Assembly: GCA_965153285.1 (NCBI GenBank)
Contig: OZ229123.1
Strand: one strand, 5' to 3'
From: Podarcis tiliguerta
Taxonomy: Eukaryota
Length of the DNA stretch: 64,000 bases
The notes beneath the pieces were generated by a model. The model had not been told where the DNA came from. It did no database searches and saw only the letters and a program-made list of their open reading frames with translations. The position numbers and the translations under genes were made by a program. Shown in pieces: positions 9,001-20,400 of the stretch; positions within the stretch are counted from its first letter, which is position 1; each line of letters begins with the position of its first letter.

Positions 9001-11830
9001 GTTCAGTGTTGCAGGAGCCAGCCAGGGTACTCTTTCATCCTCCCTAACCCCCCCCCCCCCCCGGTTTTCTGTAGATTGTTTCCCTGGGCTTCAATTCAAA
9101 CCTTTTGGAGCCCTATGTTTAAAATGACAGGGCACCAGATCTCGAGGTGATTCATCATAATGCCCTCATTTTGAGATGGCACTAAATTTCCACCTGTTTA
9201 GGACTATGGCTGAATTTGCCATCGGCTGAGGATAATATACATTAGAACACTGTTCTATTTCTGAATGAGTTCTGCAACAGTTTCCCCTCCATTTAGCCAA
9301 AGTAGTAAAAAAATAGAATATGGTAGAAATTGTGATAAACACACAGAAAGCAGCCAATTTTGGCGGCAGCAAAATGTGTCGCGGTTACTCTGACCCTCAG
9401 ATAGTAGACTGCAAGCTGTAAAACTAATGTTGCTGTTTTACAATGTTTGTTTTTAAAAAGTATTTGCTGGGTTATTTTGTAGGCACGATGGCTGGCAAAT
9501 CAAACTGAAGATCCCTAAAAGTGAAGGGAGTAAGGAAGCATTATTGGAGGGGCAATGGAAAGCTCACCCCTCTTTTCCACTCCCTCTCCTGCAAAATTTT
9601 GGGAATACTCCAAAAAGGCTTTGATGCCCAGTGGTGCATATCCACCTAGCCCCTTTCCCAGAGGGCTTTGCTTTCTGCAGGAGGAGAGCGACAGCCCTGC
9701 AAAGCAAGCAGGCTGATTAGTCACTGGGGACCTACCTAAAAGCAGGTGGATGGGACTGCAGCCTCAAGGCACAGAAGCAGCAGACGCCAGCAGGGAGGGA
9801 AATGGGCAACTTTTAAGCTAATAATACTTAGCAGTCATATCATGCAGTTAAGTGCTCCAAGCACCTCCTATACATTAAAGACAGGATATTACATTTAAAG
9901 CGAAATCTGTGCCAGGAATCCCAGCAGCTGCAGTTGACGCAGTGGGGCCAACTAGTCCACAAAAGCTTTATGTCACAATGAATCTGCTAATTAGTCTCTG
10001 AGGACGCCACTGCCAGGAATCTCTTCTGGGGCATTTGCTATAACAAGCTGAAGTGTCTCCTTCTCGGGAAATCACATACACTGACTGTGCAATCCTTACA
10101 ACTGTCCTGTACGGTAGGCCAGAGGAGTCCATTCACCTCTAACCAAGCTCCTTTAACATGTAGCAATCTGGGGGAAGAAAGGGAGCTCCCCCCTTCCCCC
10201 TCCAAAAGGAGAGTGTGATGTAATTCAAGGGCTCTGTTTTCCAGAGAGAAGAAAAAGTAGCAGCTCTATCTTCTTCCAATACGTAGGTCAGTTATGCTGC
10301 TCTCTGGGGATGAGAGATCCAAAAGCCAAAGCAGGGGGCCACCTTTATTGGGAACAATTGAATCATCACCAAGTAGCGAGCCAGCATTCTCCGGCACACG
10401 TCTTGAAAGCAAGAGCAGGGTGAGACAAACAGCTGGATATGAAGGCTGAACCCCCTAGTTGGCAATTTATGTACTGATCTTTGAATACAGAAGGGTGGGC
10501 CTGGCAATGTGGACCTCAGGTCAGCCCTGCTTGCCAGTGTATCAAGGAGAGGGTTTAGGAATTATCACTGCCCACAGCTAGATTTTTCTTCCCACCTGGT
10601 GTGTGGATACTAGTTTGCATGGTAAAACCATCTCAGCCTGAAAGAGAGATGAGTGCTGCACCCCATTGACTGTAATTAACCGTCCAGGGGTCCTTTACCT
10701 TTTTTTACTAGTTTGCATGCTAAAAAAGGGAACATCAGCTGGGTTGAAACCCTGGGTTGTTGTTGCTACAATGTTGACAGCCGGCTCCTATAAAAGCAGG
10801 CCGGCTGAGCTGTTTGCAGTTCAGTCTGTCCAGCTTACAATAAAGAGCGGCTCTGGAGAAATCATTGTGTCGTCTGATATGTTCGCCCACAACTTAACAA
10901 GCAGCATCTGACCACCACCCTGGGAGTCATTGCCAACCCAGGGGCCTGGGAAAGTGGGGCCTGGGAAAGTAGGGCTGGAACTCCCAGCTCTTCACCGTTT
11001 CAAGTCAGAGGGAACTTCACCTTAAGCTACAGCTCTTCCTAAGGCACCTGTAGATGCACCCCAGAAGATGCCAAGCTGTGCCAACAGGAGAATTCAGGAA
11101 TATTCCTGAATTGCAGGGAGTTGGATTGGATGATCCTCGTGGTCCCTTCCAACTAGGATGCACCAACTAGGATGCACTTGAAACAGACCACCCCCCCCCC
11201 TCTAGTTTGCACAGCCCAAGGAAATGCCAAGCCAGATTTCATAACAGCCCCCCATGCCAAGCTAGCAAGTACTAGCTTGGGTGGGTAAGCAAAGAAACGA
11301 GGGCCAAGGGGTACAAGTCTTATGATTCCTTCCAGTAATACCCAATTCCTCAAAGTTGTGTGCAACCAGGGAATGCCCTGCTGTGTTTCTCCAGGAGTAA
11401 CGCCTGATGGCGAGATAGGACCCTGCAGGACTCCGGATCGGCCAATGGTCAGGGACGATGGGAACGGGAAGCGTTGCGGACTGAAGAGAGTCGGGGTAGG
11501 TGGGTGGAAGGGCCTTGCCCGGCTTTGCCTAACTCGGATTTGCCCGCCGGAGCCACCACGCGGCGAGGGTGAAAGTTGCGCGCCCATCCCGGGGCGGAGA
11601 GGCGCTTCGCGGAACGAGTTCTGCAGCCCCCTCGCCGGAAGAAGAGGAGCGGAGGCGGGATCCCACCCCGAGGGCGCTTCGCCCCGCAACTCACCCGCGC
11701 TGTACAGCCGCCCCCTGGGGAGGCGATCGCAAGGCAGAGCCCCCCACGCCCCGAGGGTGCCCGCGCCCCGCTGCCCCGACGGCAGCAACAGGCGGCAGCT
11801 CCGGCCCACGCAGCGCTGCAGGAAGCCCAT
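5935..11830 (-). CDS. NME4: Nucleoside diphosphate kinase D, mitochondrial (spliced, 5 coding exons, 200 aa)
   Basis: join(11830-11695, 8971-8841, 8434-8333, 7445-7333, 6055-5935) = 603 nt, all GT-AG and phase-consistent. NDPK motifs [33 protein letters not shown] (catalytic His); RRK basic triad; Arg-rich N-terminal presequence. Confidence 0.95.
7037..7121. repeat. Perfect 40-bp tandem duplication in NME4 intron 4
   Basis: accaggccagagactcgtgtcaaagtttgaacctagaagc x2, plus accag. Confidence 0.95.
7333..7445 (-). CDS. NME4: NME4 exon 4
   Basis: [37 protein letters not shown](R); 113 nt. Confidence 0.95.
8333..8434 (-). CDS. NME4: NME4 exon 3
   Basis: [34 protein letters not shown]; 102 nt. 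Confidence 0.95.
8841..8971 (-). CDS. NME4: NME4 exon 2
   Basis: [43 protein letters not shown]; 131 nt; ag/gt flanks. Confidence 0.95.
10608..10725 (+). mobile_element. 5'-truncated Sauria SINE with target-site duplication
   Basis: 3' end ...aaccgtccaggggtcctttacctttt; flanked by tactagtttgcatg(g/c)taaaa at 10608-10627 and 10706-10725. Confidence 0.85.
10750..10899 (+). mobile_element. Probable LTR fragment (partial solo LTR)
   Basis: TATAAAA 10789-10795, AATAAA 10839-10844, terminal ...acttaaCA 10899, in U3-R-U5 order; 5' TG end and TSD not found. Confidence 0.5.
11102..11153 (+). mobile_element. CR1 3' tail fragment
   Basis: ttcctgaattgcagggagttggattggatgatcctcgtggtcccttccaact matches the tail of the CR1 copy at 16630-16690. 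Confidence 0.7.
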
Positions 11831-12330
11831 GGCGGCTCGCCCGGCAGAAGGGGGCCGGCCCGGCCGGGTTTATAGGCGAGGGCTTGGGGGTGGGAGAGAG
11901 CCCGGCTGCGGGGCCGCTGCTCCCCCACCCCACCCGCCGGTCCGCCCCCAGGCTAGGCCGAGCGAGGCGGCCCCCCGGGGGGGGGGAGAGGCGTGGGAAC
12001 GAGGAAGATCACGTTACAGGGGGGCGGCCCCCTTAAAGAGACCCGCAGCCCCCCCAGCCCCACCCCGGGGGCGGGCGGCGCGCTTCAATCGGCCGCCTCG
12101 TCTGCTAACAGGGTTTGCAGCAACTTTCGGCTCCGGAAGCTGGGGGCGCCTGTTGCTGATGGGCCAGACGAGCAGAGACCACGAGGGCGAGCGCACTTGC
12201 TGATCTCGGGGCGCCGTCCGTAGCTGCTTCCGCCAGCAAGGAAGGATCAGGGAAGGCGGGCGGGGGAGAGAGGAAAAGCTGGTTGAGTGCTCCTAGGCAG
12301 GAATGGGTGGGGTTTTGGGGGGGGGGCGCA
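11380..12330. promoter_or_regulatory. CpG island / NME4 promoter with TATA box
   Basis: Very GC- and CpG-rich over exon 1; TATAAA on minus at 11869-11874; several GC boxes. Confidence 0.85.
11695..11830 (-). CDS. NME4: NME4 exon 1 (mitochondrial targeting peptide)
   Basis: Strong Kozak gccgccATGg; [15 protein letters not shown]...RGRLYSA; donor G|gtgagt; 136 nt. Confidence 0.85.
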
Positions 12331-14919
12331 AAGCAGCTGTTTCTGAAACAGCAAAAGGGGAATAGGAAGTTGTTTTATGAAGCCGGCTCAGACCATTTGA
12401 CCATCTACTAATCGGGTACTTTGTTCTCGCTAAAGTACTAAGTGGGTACTTTAACGGGGGTTATTAAAATACTTCCACATTAGCTGCAACACGCATCAAC
12501 CCAATAAATCCCAGCGACTAAACTGCCGAACCTAGGCAATAAAAATATGTCCCAGAGGCCAGCACACCTCACTGAAACAACTGGATGCACCTTGCCTGCC
12601 CCATCGCCCCCTCCGTTCCCCGGGATTAGATTGTAAGCTCCTAGCAGCAGGGACTGATGCTCTGTTTTGTAAAGCGCACTCTAACGCCAGCCTCCAGCAA
12701 TTTGGCACCCACGCAGGTGTTTCTTGCTGCAGCTCCCACGCTGGCTGTGGCTGATGGGATTTCTAGTCCAGAGGGCACCCGGTTGACAAAGGCTGATATG
12801 AAAACAAACAGCAACAAGAAGTTACTAAAGGGATGAAGCGATGGGCTATGGGACTTGCCCTCTCACACAGTTGAAACGTTCTTAGTTTATGGGATGGGTT
12901 CCTGTAGCAAATAATTAACGTTGGTCTTTATAACACTAAGATATACTGCTCTACTTCAGTACATGCTTGGAGTATTAGAACAGTAGTTCACAGGCTTTCC
13001 CTGTGGAGCACTTGAACATTGATGAGGGACTTGAAGGACCAATTGATTTTTGTCCAAGTTGTGGTCTCAAAAATCTGTGTGGCCAATTGCTACTTTCAGT
13101 GAAGATTTTTATATGTATAAAAAAACCCTCTGCCTTTAGGAGTGTCTCCCTCATCCTGAGAGCGGATCGTCATCCTGATGAACAGGGAGGGAGGTTGGAT
13201 TCATGGGTGCTGTTGGTGATCTTGCAGATAATATACAGAACATCTAATTAGAGGAGATTAAGAGGAAACACGAGGCCTGTTTGGAGAGGGGCCACCCTCC
13301 CTTCTGTCAGTACAGCTGCAGCCAAATACTCGCAACTTGTGGAAAAACAGGAGAATTTAGAGACTTTAGAGAAACTTTGCCCTTTAAGCTGAGGTTGTGT
13401 CCAAGAACAAGCTATTTTCCCTTGACAAAACAAACCATTATGTAGCTGGCATCACTGGCCTTCCCAGGTGCTTTCTTCATTAGCTTTCCATCCTTTAAGT
13501 GGTGAAAGGTGCTGCCTGATCACAACATTCAGTCCTATATTTCTCCCTGGACTTGAACCAAATTGGCTGAAATACTTCCCTAAAACACAGAGAGGCAACT
13601 ACCAGCCCCTGGGCCAAATGAGGCCCTGCAGGGGTTGCCAGACGCTGCTCCAGCCACCAGTCAGATGGAGAATCTGTGCAGGGGAAAATCAAATGCTGGA
13701 CTTAAGCCTAGGAAAACCTAGAGGTCCCAATGGGAGACCTCCAGTGGGGGGCAGAGCAAGGGCATTTCATTTACCATTCCTTGCTCAGAAGTCATCTGGA
13801 TGCCAACCATGTATTAAAATCGCAAGTGCTTTTTTTCATAAGCAGGAGCTATGTTGTCTAGGACCATCTTCATACTTGTCCCCATCCCACCCCTGTTGTT
13901 CCAACAACCCTGAACTGGCTCCAATTCAGAAGACAAACAATGCTGTTCTACCTGCTGGAAGTTCGTAGCTCCCAGAACAGTGACCCCAGAAAAATACTGG
14001 CAGAAGCATCAAGGACAGAGTGTTGTTTTTCCCTTACCCCACCTGCTCTCTGCACAACTGAACGAGTCCTGCTTAGTTCTCTTCTGGTTCCCAATCCTAA
14101 CCTCCGATTCTCCAGATGTTGTGCCACCTGGATCCAGCAACCTTTTAAATGTCATGGACATGTTTAGACTGGGCACCAAGAAGGAGCCATGTGATGAGCA
14201 CTAGGGCACCAGTAGGTTGTATAGAGGGGCATTGGAACCTTCAATACTACGAGCTTTTGAGAGCAAACTAGACATGCATTTGGTTCAACTAAACGCAGGT
14301 GGACTCAGTGTCCAAGGCAGATAACCACTCTTGATTTTTAAAGCTCCTGAGTTTTGCCCCCCTTCCTGCCAAAAAAAACCAGTTCACCTTTTCTCTTCCA
14401 ACTCTACCAATATTCACTCATCTGACCACATATGGTCACATTTCACGGGAACAACCCTGACTCCCTTGCTACTCCTCATGCCTGGAACTCTTCACCCCCA
14501 AAAGGTCCACAACACAGCCTCCCCTTTCATATCCCTCCTTAAAAGCCCACCTCGCCCATGAACCCTTTGATTTGAATCCACAACGTTCTGTCCCAGAAGA
14601 CCTGGCTAGCATCAACTGAACTGCAATGGCTTTTGGAAACCAACCTGCCAACTCTTGTGCCTCATGTGCAAACATCCAAACGGCATTCATGAAGAGGAGC
14701 TGTGGTGGGGTTGCTCACTTCTGAGGAGCCTCAAGCACTGAAATTCCCAGTTTATGGAAAAGAAGCCAGTGCACTTGCCTGCTTGAAGGCTATCTGGCCA
14801 TGGCTATCGTTTGGAAGCATATGATGTAGCAACTGCGCTGGAAGCTAAATGAGTCTTAGGGTTTGGTCAGTTCCTAGTCAGATGACTGCCTGAGCACCAT
14901 GATGGAAGAAAGACTATTG

Positions 14920-15080
14920 TTGCAGACCATCTGCTTTGAATGCAGAAGGTCCCAGGTTCAAGATCCTCAGCATCTCTAGGTAGGGCTACCTATCTGAAAC
15001 CCTGGAGAGCAGATGCCCACCAGTGTAGGCACTACTGAGCTAGGTGGACCAATGAACCAGAGCTTCCTACATTCCTAAAA
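14920..15080 (+). mobile_element. tRNA-derived squamate SINE (degenerate)
   Basis: catctgctttgaatgcagaaggtcccaggttcaa head and gaaaccctggagagc body; similar copies at 17770-17960 (-) and 51080-51240 (+). Confidence 0.65.
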
Positions 15081-16084
15081 TCAAGCAAGCTTCACATTGG
15101 AAGAGTACATGCTCTGGAGAAATGGGACAACCAGTTGTTCTTGGCAGCAAGATTTGAGCATCTTCCAAAACTATGACCGTTGACCCATTGATCTGGACAG
15201 AGAAAACATGCACTTTCACTCTGGGTAAACAGTATTGTGACCGATGCTTTCACAAGGATGCTGACCCCTGGAGCAGGCCAGGGACAGGCAGAGTGTCACT
15301 GTGGCCGAAATCAAACAAGACAAAAAATTAGCAGGCAGAATTTGTAACGTGTCGTCATCCAGCTCCCAGCCAGGGCTCCTCCCTCCGACGATAGTCGCCA
15401 TAGTGGATTTTGAAGAACCATTCTGGCCAGGGGTGGTGGTGGAAGCAGAAGATCCAGCCTCCTCTAAACAGCGCCTTCTGTTTTAATGCAATGTTTTAAT
15501 TGATGCTTCTCTCACGCAAGCCTCTTTTGGGAGTGCTAGCCTCAAAAGCAGTATAGAAGCACCTTGAATGAAATGAAGACCCAGCAAGCCACAAAGTACA
15601 ATGGGCAAGGAAAGACTGGGATATCTGAAGAGGTTCCAGGTATCTCTACACAGTTCACCCTCTTGAAAACAAGGTCAACAGGCAAGAGTGCAAGTGTCCA
15701 CAAGTTCATGCTGTTCTGCTGGCGAATCTGCTCAGACCATGTGCCTCCAATTCAGTAAAGCACAACAGCAGGCTCTCATACAGTTATTGATATGTTTTTC
15801 TAAAGATTAAAGGGCCAGCATAATGCAATAATTAAAATGTGGGAGTGGGACTAGGTGCTAGCTTAAGGTGCACACAAAAGCTAGAGTTCACTAGGGCCCA
15901 CCTGAGGTCAATCGCTCGCCTAACTTACCTCAAAAGGTTGTTGTGAATAATAAAGTAGCCCATGTAATGCCATCATGAGTCCCTTGGAAAAGCAGGCTCT
16001 GAGCAGATATGAAAAACCCTATAGAAGCATCATTAACTATCACTGAAAGTCATGTAGCACCCATAGAAATCACTCTTCAGGAAT

Positions 16085-16698
16085 GTGCACAGGACCACCT
16101 GCACAAGCTGAACATGAGTCAAGAGGGTGATGCAGCAGCAGAAAAAAAAAAAAGCTAATGCTACTCTAGGCAACAGAAGTATAGAGTCCAGATTAAGGGA
16201 AGTAATAGTCCTGCTCTGTTCTGCCTTGGTCAGACCACACCTGGAATGCTTGTCCAGTTCTGGGCGCCACAGTTTAAAAAGGACGTTGACAAGCTGTGTA
16301 GAGGAGGGCAACCAAGATGATCTGGAAACCAAGGAACAGTTGAGGGAATTGGGTATGTTTAGCCAAGCAAAGAGGCGACTGAGAGGAGATATGATAGCCA
16401 TCTTCAAATATCCAAAGGGCTGTCACATGGAAGATGGAGCAAGCTTGTTTTCTCCTCCTCTGGAGGGTAGGACTCGAACCAATGGCTTCAAGTTACAAGA
16501 AAGGAGATTCTGACTCAACATCAGGAAGAACTTTCTAACAGTAGGAGCTGTTTGACAGTGGGATGGACTCCTTTGGGAGGCTGTAAGCAGGGGCTGGGTG
16601 GCCATCTGTCAGGTATGCTCTAGCAGAGACACCTGCATTGCAGGGGGTTGGACTAGATAACCATTGGGGATCCCTTCCAGCTCTATGGTTCTATGAAT
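16085..16698 (+). mobile_element. CR1 LINE 3' fragment
   Basis: KKANATLG..SRLREVIVLLCSALVRPHLE...LRELGMFSQAKRRLRGDMIAIFKY...GRTRTNGFKLQERRF, then CR1 tail cccttccagctctatggttctatga. Confidence 0.92.
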
Positions 16699-16802
16699 TG
16701 GTCTGAAGCCCAGAGTTTATGCCCTCCCCAAGACTTCCCAAAAGGCCCTGAAGATACCTAAATAGATCTCAAGCTCATCTAAAACAACAAAGTAAGCACT
16801 TT

Positions 16803-16808
16803 TTTATT
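16803..16808 (-). terminator. XPO6 poly(A) signal
   Basis: AATAAA on minus about 590 nt after the stop, followed by GU-rich tttgttgtttt. Confidence 0.75.
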
Positions 16809-17393
16809 TCCATTAAGCACATTTTAGTATCACAATGGAATGATGAGAAAAAACTTTTCTTTAAAAAAACCCCACGAAAACAGAGCTCTGTCTGTCTGTC
16901 CGTCCGTCTGTCTCCCCACCGATGGCAGGGGAGGCTTCAAGGCAATTAAAAACAAAAAGTTGATGGGATGTTCCCCTCCCCAACAGCCAGGTGCAGGAGG
17001 GGAGGGAGGCAGGTGGAATGATGTGAAGGTGGGAACATCTGAAGTAGTCTTTGGCGTTTCTGCCTCATGATTGATGCACAAGACCAGTCACCGGAACCTG
17101 CAAATGCCACAGTATTAAGACAAAAACATCCAGCTATAGAGGAACGGCCTGCAGGTGGGCCTCGAGACACCCTGTAGGACACAGAGCTGCCACAGCTCAG
17201 CTGCGAGGAGGAGCTGGAAGGGGAATGGTCAAGGGTGGGGGCACAGCGTGCAGCTCCCCCAGGCACGGGGGCCCACGGGGGAGGTGCTTCTGTATCCAGC
17301 CGGCCTGGTGAGATCGGGGAGCGGAGGCAGCGGCGACACGAGGAGCACAGGTCCGCTCACGACAGGGACTCGAACCAGAGTCGGTGCCGAGAA

Positions 17394-17495
17394 CTATAGC
17401 TTCACGGTCCCAGGGGGCAAACTGTCGTTGCAGAGTCTGTAGTAGCGCAGGTCGTTGACCAGCCTGTGCACGTTCTGCGTAAATGAGGGCAGGTC
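17394..17495 (-). CDS. XPO6: XPO6 exon 24 (coding part)
   Basis: DLPSFTQNVHRLVNDLRYYRLCNDSLPPGTVKL*; 102 nt. Confidence 0.95.
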   Translation of the reverse strand, partial: DLPSFTQNVHRLVNDLRYYRLCNDSLPPGTVKL

Positions 17496-20400
17496 CTGGA
17501 AAAGGGGTGGTGGGGAGACATGGGAGACAAGAGATAGCCAACGGTTAGGACAACAACAACAACAAGATTAACCAATCCTTCCAGTTCTTTGCCCCAAAGG
17601 AGTGTTGACACTAGGGTATGCAATGGCACCGACCTTGCCCATACACTTCCAAATATCTCCTGGCTCTGTTTTCAACAATCGGGGGCCATTTTATTCAGCT
17701 AATTTCAACTAGGTTGTGAGACGGCCTGAAATGTCACCATGAAGTCTTATGAAGGAAGAGCCAAGTTTTTAAGGGAAATAGAAACCTTTGTAGTGAGCAG
17801 CCCCGGAACAAAAGCAATGTCACCCCCCAGAAGCTGCCTTATATCGACAGTCAGGCTGTTGACCCATTTTGCTCAGTACTGTCTGCACTGGCTGGCAGCA
17901 GCTTTCCAGGGTTTCAGGCAGGAGAAACTCTCTGCATGAAGCCACGAGAAAGTGCAGTCTGATGGGACACACAGTCCCGAACCAGCCATTACTCTGAGAG
18001 CTTCCCTTCCTTTTTGAGACCTCTTTAAATGTGTAGTGCAAATGGGACGTATCACCTTAAATAATCTTGGCTTCCCCCAAAGGACCCTGGGAACTGTGGC
18101 TTGTTAAGGAAGGCTATGGTAAGAAGATGATGCTGAGCTAGATGCTGAACCACTTTGGTCTGATTCAGTTTCAGGGTCCTTCTTATGTTCTCATTCAATA
18201 ATAAAACATTATAGTTCAAGGAAGTTCTATTTGGGACACAGGTGTGTGTGTTGTCAGTCTGTCCATACAGAACAACCCCACCTGAAAGCTCCAAGCCAGC
18301 CTCACCCTGTCCATTTTGAAGTTCCTTCCAAGCACGTTTTTCTGGTTGGTGTCCACACCATCGCAGCTGCCCAAGAACCCCGGGAGAAAGGCCGAGTAGA
18401 AGCTATCAAAGTCCACGGAGGCCATGTTGTAGATGGCTATGCCAATTTCCTCTTGCAAGAGGTCGTGTGATTTATGGACCAGTACCTGAAGCAAGACATT
18501 CACAAACTGGAAAATCATGGCTGTCCGGAAGATCTTCTGTGGGGAAAGAGAACAAGGGTGTTCAGCAAGCTCCTGAGGTGCTCAGAAAAACAGCAGCTCT
18601 GGGGGATCAGTGAAGCTGCGAGGTGCTCTGCAAAGGACCATCTGATAGGCCTTGTTTCAGTGGCTCATGGCAGCTGAATTATGCCACACCTCCAGGGTCC
18701 AGTGCAGGGTTCATTCACCTCCATGGATGCAGAAGTAAGTGAAAACCCCTGGCAACTTGGCATTCACCACTCCACCAGCTGAACACACCTGCCCTAGCAA
18801 GCTTGCACAACATTTAAAACGGTTAGCTCTTGTGATAATGTGGCACTCACAATGAAAATGTGGGTAAAATCTGCTATGATTAAACAATGACAAAGTCCTG
18901 TCACAATGCCTACAGTGTATCTAGGGGCCCAGTTTTCCTGGGTCTCTGACATGCTCATTCAATGTACCTGATCCTCTGCAAGCCACCCGCCACTGGGCAT
19001 TTTGGGCAGTGGTTTTGGGAGCAGCGTATTCAACACAGGCATTAGAAAAAAAGCTCTTGCCGTTTCCCTCTCCAAGTTGAAGGAGAATTAGTTTCCTTGT
19101 TCTGCCTGAGCGAAATTCTTGTTCCTCTCTGCACTGGCCAATTTAATTTATGACACAAGCCAGGCCTATGCTCTTCCAACACGTAAGCAACAGCAACTCC
19201 AGCGAGGAGAGCACCCGAGTGTATGGACCACTAGGGGGCAATAAAGCAGGAAGAACCAGACTTGCTAGCCTTCTGAACTGTCCCTCTTCTGCCAGAGCTT
19301 TGTGTAAACAAGATACAGAATGTACTGTTGTATACATTGGAAAGCAGGGAGCTTACCTTGTGATACAGCTTCTGCTTTGTGTTCAGAGTCTCCAAATAGA
19401 ACAAATTCTGTTTAAAAAGGTGTATGTCAGGCTGCAGGAAGGATTGGCCAAATGCCTATGGAACAGGGGAAAAAGCCTATCAGGACAATAGACATTGAAG
19501 GCGGTTACCAAAAACTAGAAGCTCTTTGAATAGCCATTGGACCAGTGACAAGGAACCTGATATTGTCTACCCTCCATCATCCCTGCCCATTGGCCACACT
19601 GGTTGCGGCTCCAGTTCGACCACATCTGGACGGCTCCAGACTGGCTACCTCTATACTGGACAGCGATGTGTCAGGGATGATTTCTTGTTGTAAAATCTCA
19701 CCTCCTTGAGACTGTCTCGCATCAAGTTATGAGATGAAGCAGGAATGGTTGGGATTCAGTGGCCCTCCTCCAAACACAGACTGAGGCTTTGAAGGAAACA
19801 GGGCCAGGCAAGGAGCTTTTCCTACTTCTCAGGGAGTTAAACAAGAATTTGAGAATGGCCGAATAGACTAGAGACTGGACTTTAACCATGGTGGCAGCAG
19901 CAGCAAGCAGACAACTCCCCAGCAGGATGCAGACATCCTGGGCCATGCAGAACATTCAGAGAGCACTAAGCAGAAGCGCCTCTCCCAAAGAGCATGAGCC
20001 AACTGGAAGGCCAACAGCCAGAAGCACTTGGCTAGAATCAGCCACTACTGAGCTGTCAGCTCTTTAGCAATCTTCTGCTTACAAATTACCAGTGTTCAGC
20101 ACTTGGAATGAGAAGGGAACCTGAGCAGGAGTTGCCTGGAATGGCCCCAAACAACTAACAGGCTCTCAGTAGACAACAGAATTAGGAACACGTGTGGGTA
20201 CAGAAGGAACAACGGTGTATTGAGAAGAAACTTCTCCAGTGGGTTCAGTGAGTAACTCCAGGGTTCAGGTGAGGCCTCCACAATAGCTACTTGGTAAAGC
20301 AGATGCTAACCTAGCAGTTTGAAAGCATCCCCGGGTGCAAGTACATAAATAGGGACCGCTTACTGGCTCGCCAGATGCAGCTTGTCACGCTGGCCATGTG

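Noticed and set aside
11153-11694. Extension of the NME4 exon 1 ORF to 225 aa
   Set aside because: Read-through into intron 1; a consensus donor at 11694 joins in phase to the NDPK domain
11322-12203. 293-aa + strand ORF and other overlapping ORFs
   Set aside because: Stop-poor GC-rich CpG island antisense to NME4 exon 1; low-complexity P/G/R/A composition with no recognisable domain
12330-16080. Possible remnant of DECR2, PGAP6, GSG1L or a globin in the NME4-XPO6 gap
   Set aside because: No recognisable coding similarity in the frames I inspected; a tblastn search would be needed to exclude a decayed pseudogene
16127-16513. 128-aa ORF
   Set aside because: Decayed CR1 ORF2 remnant, not a host gene
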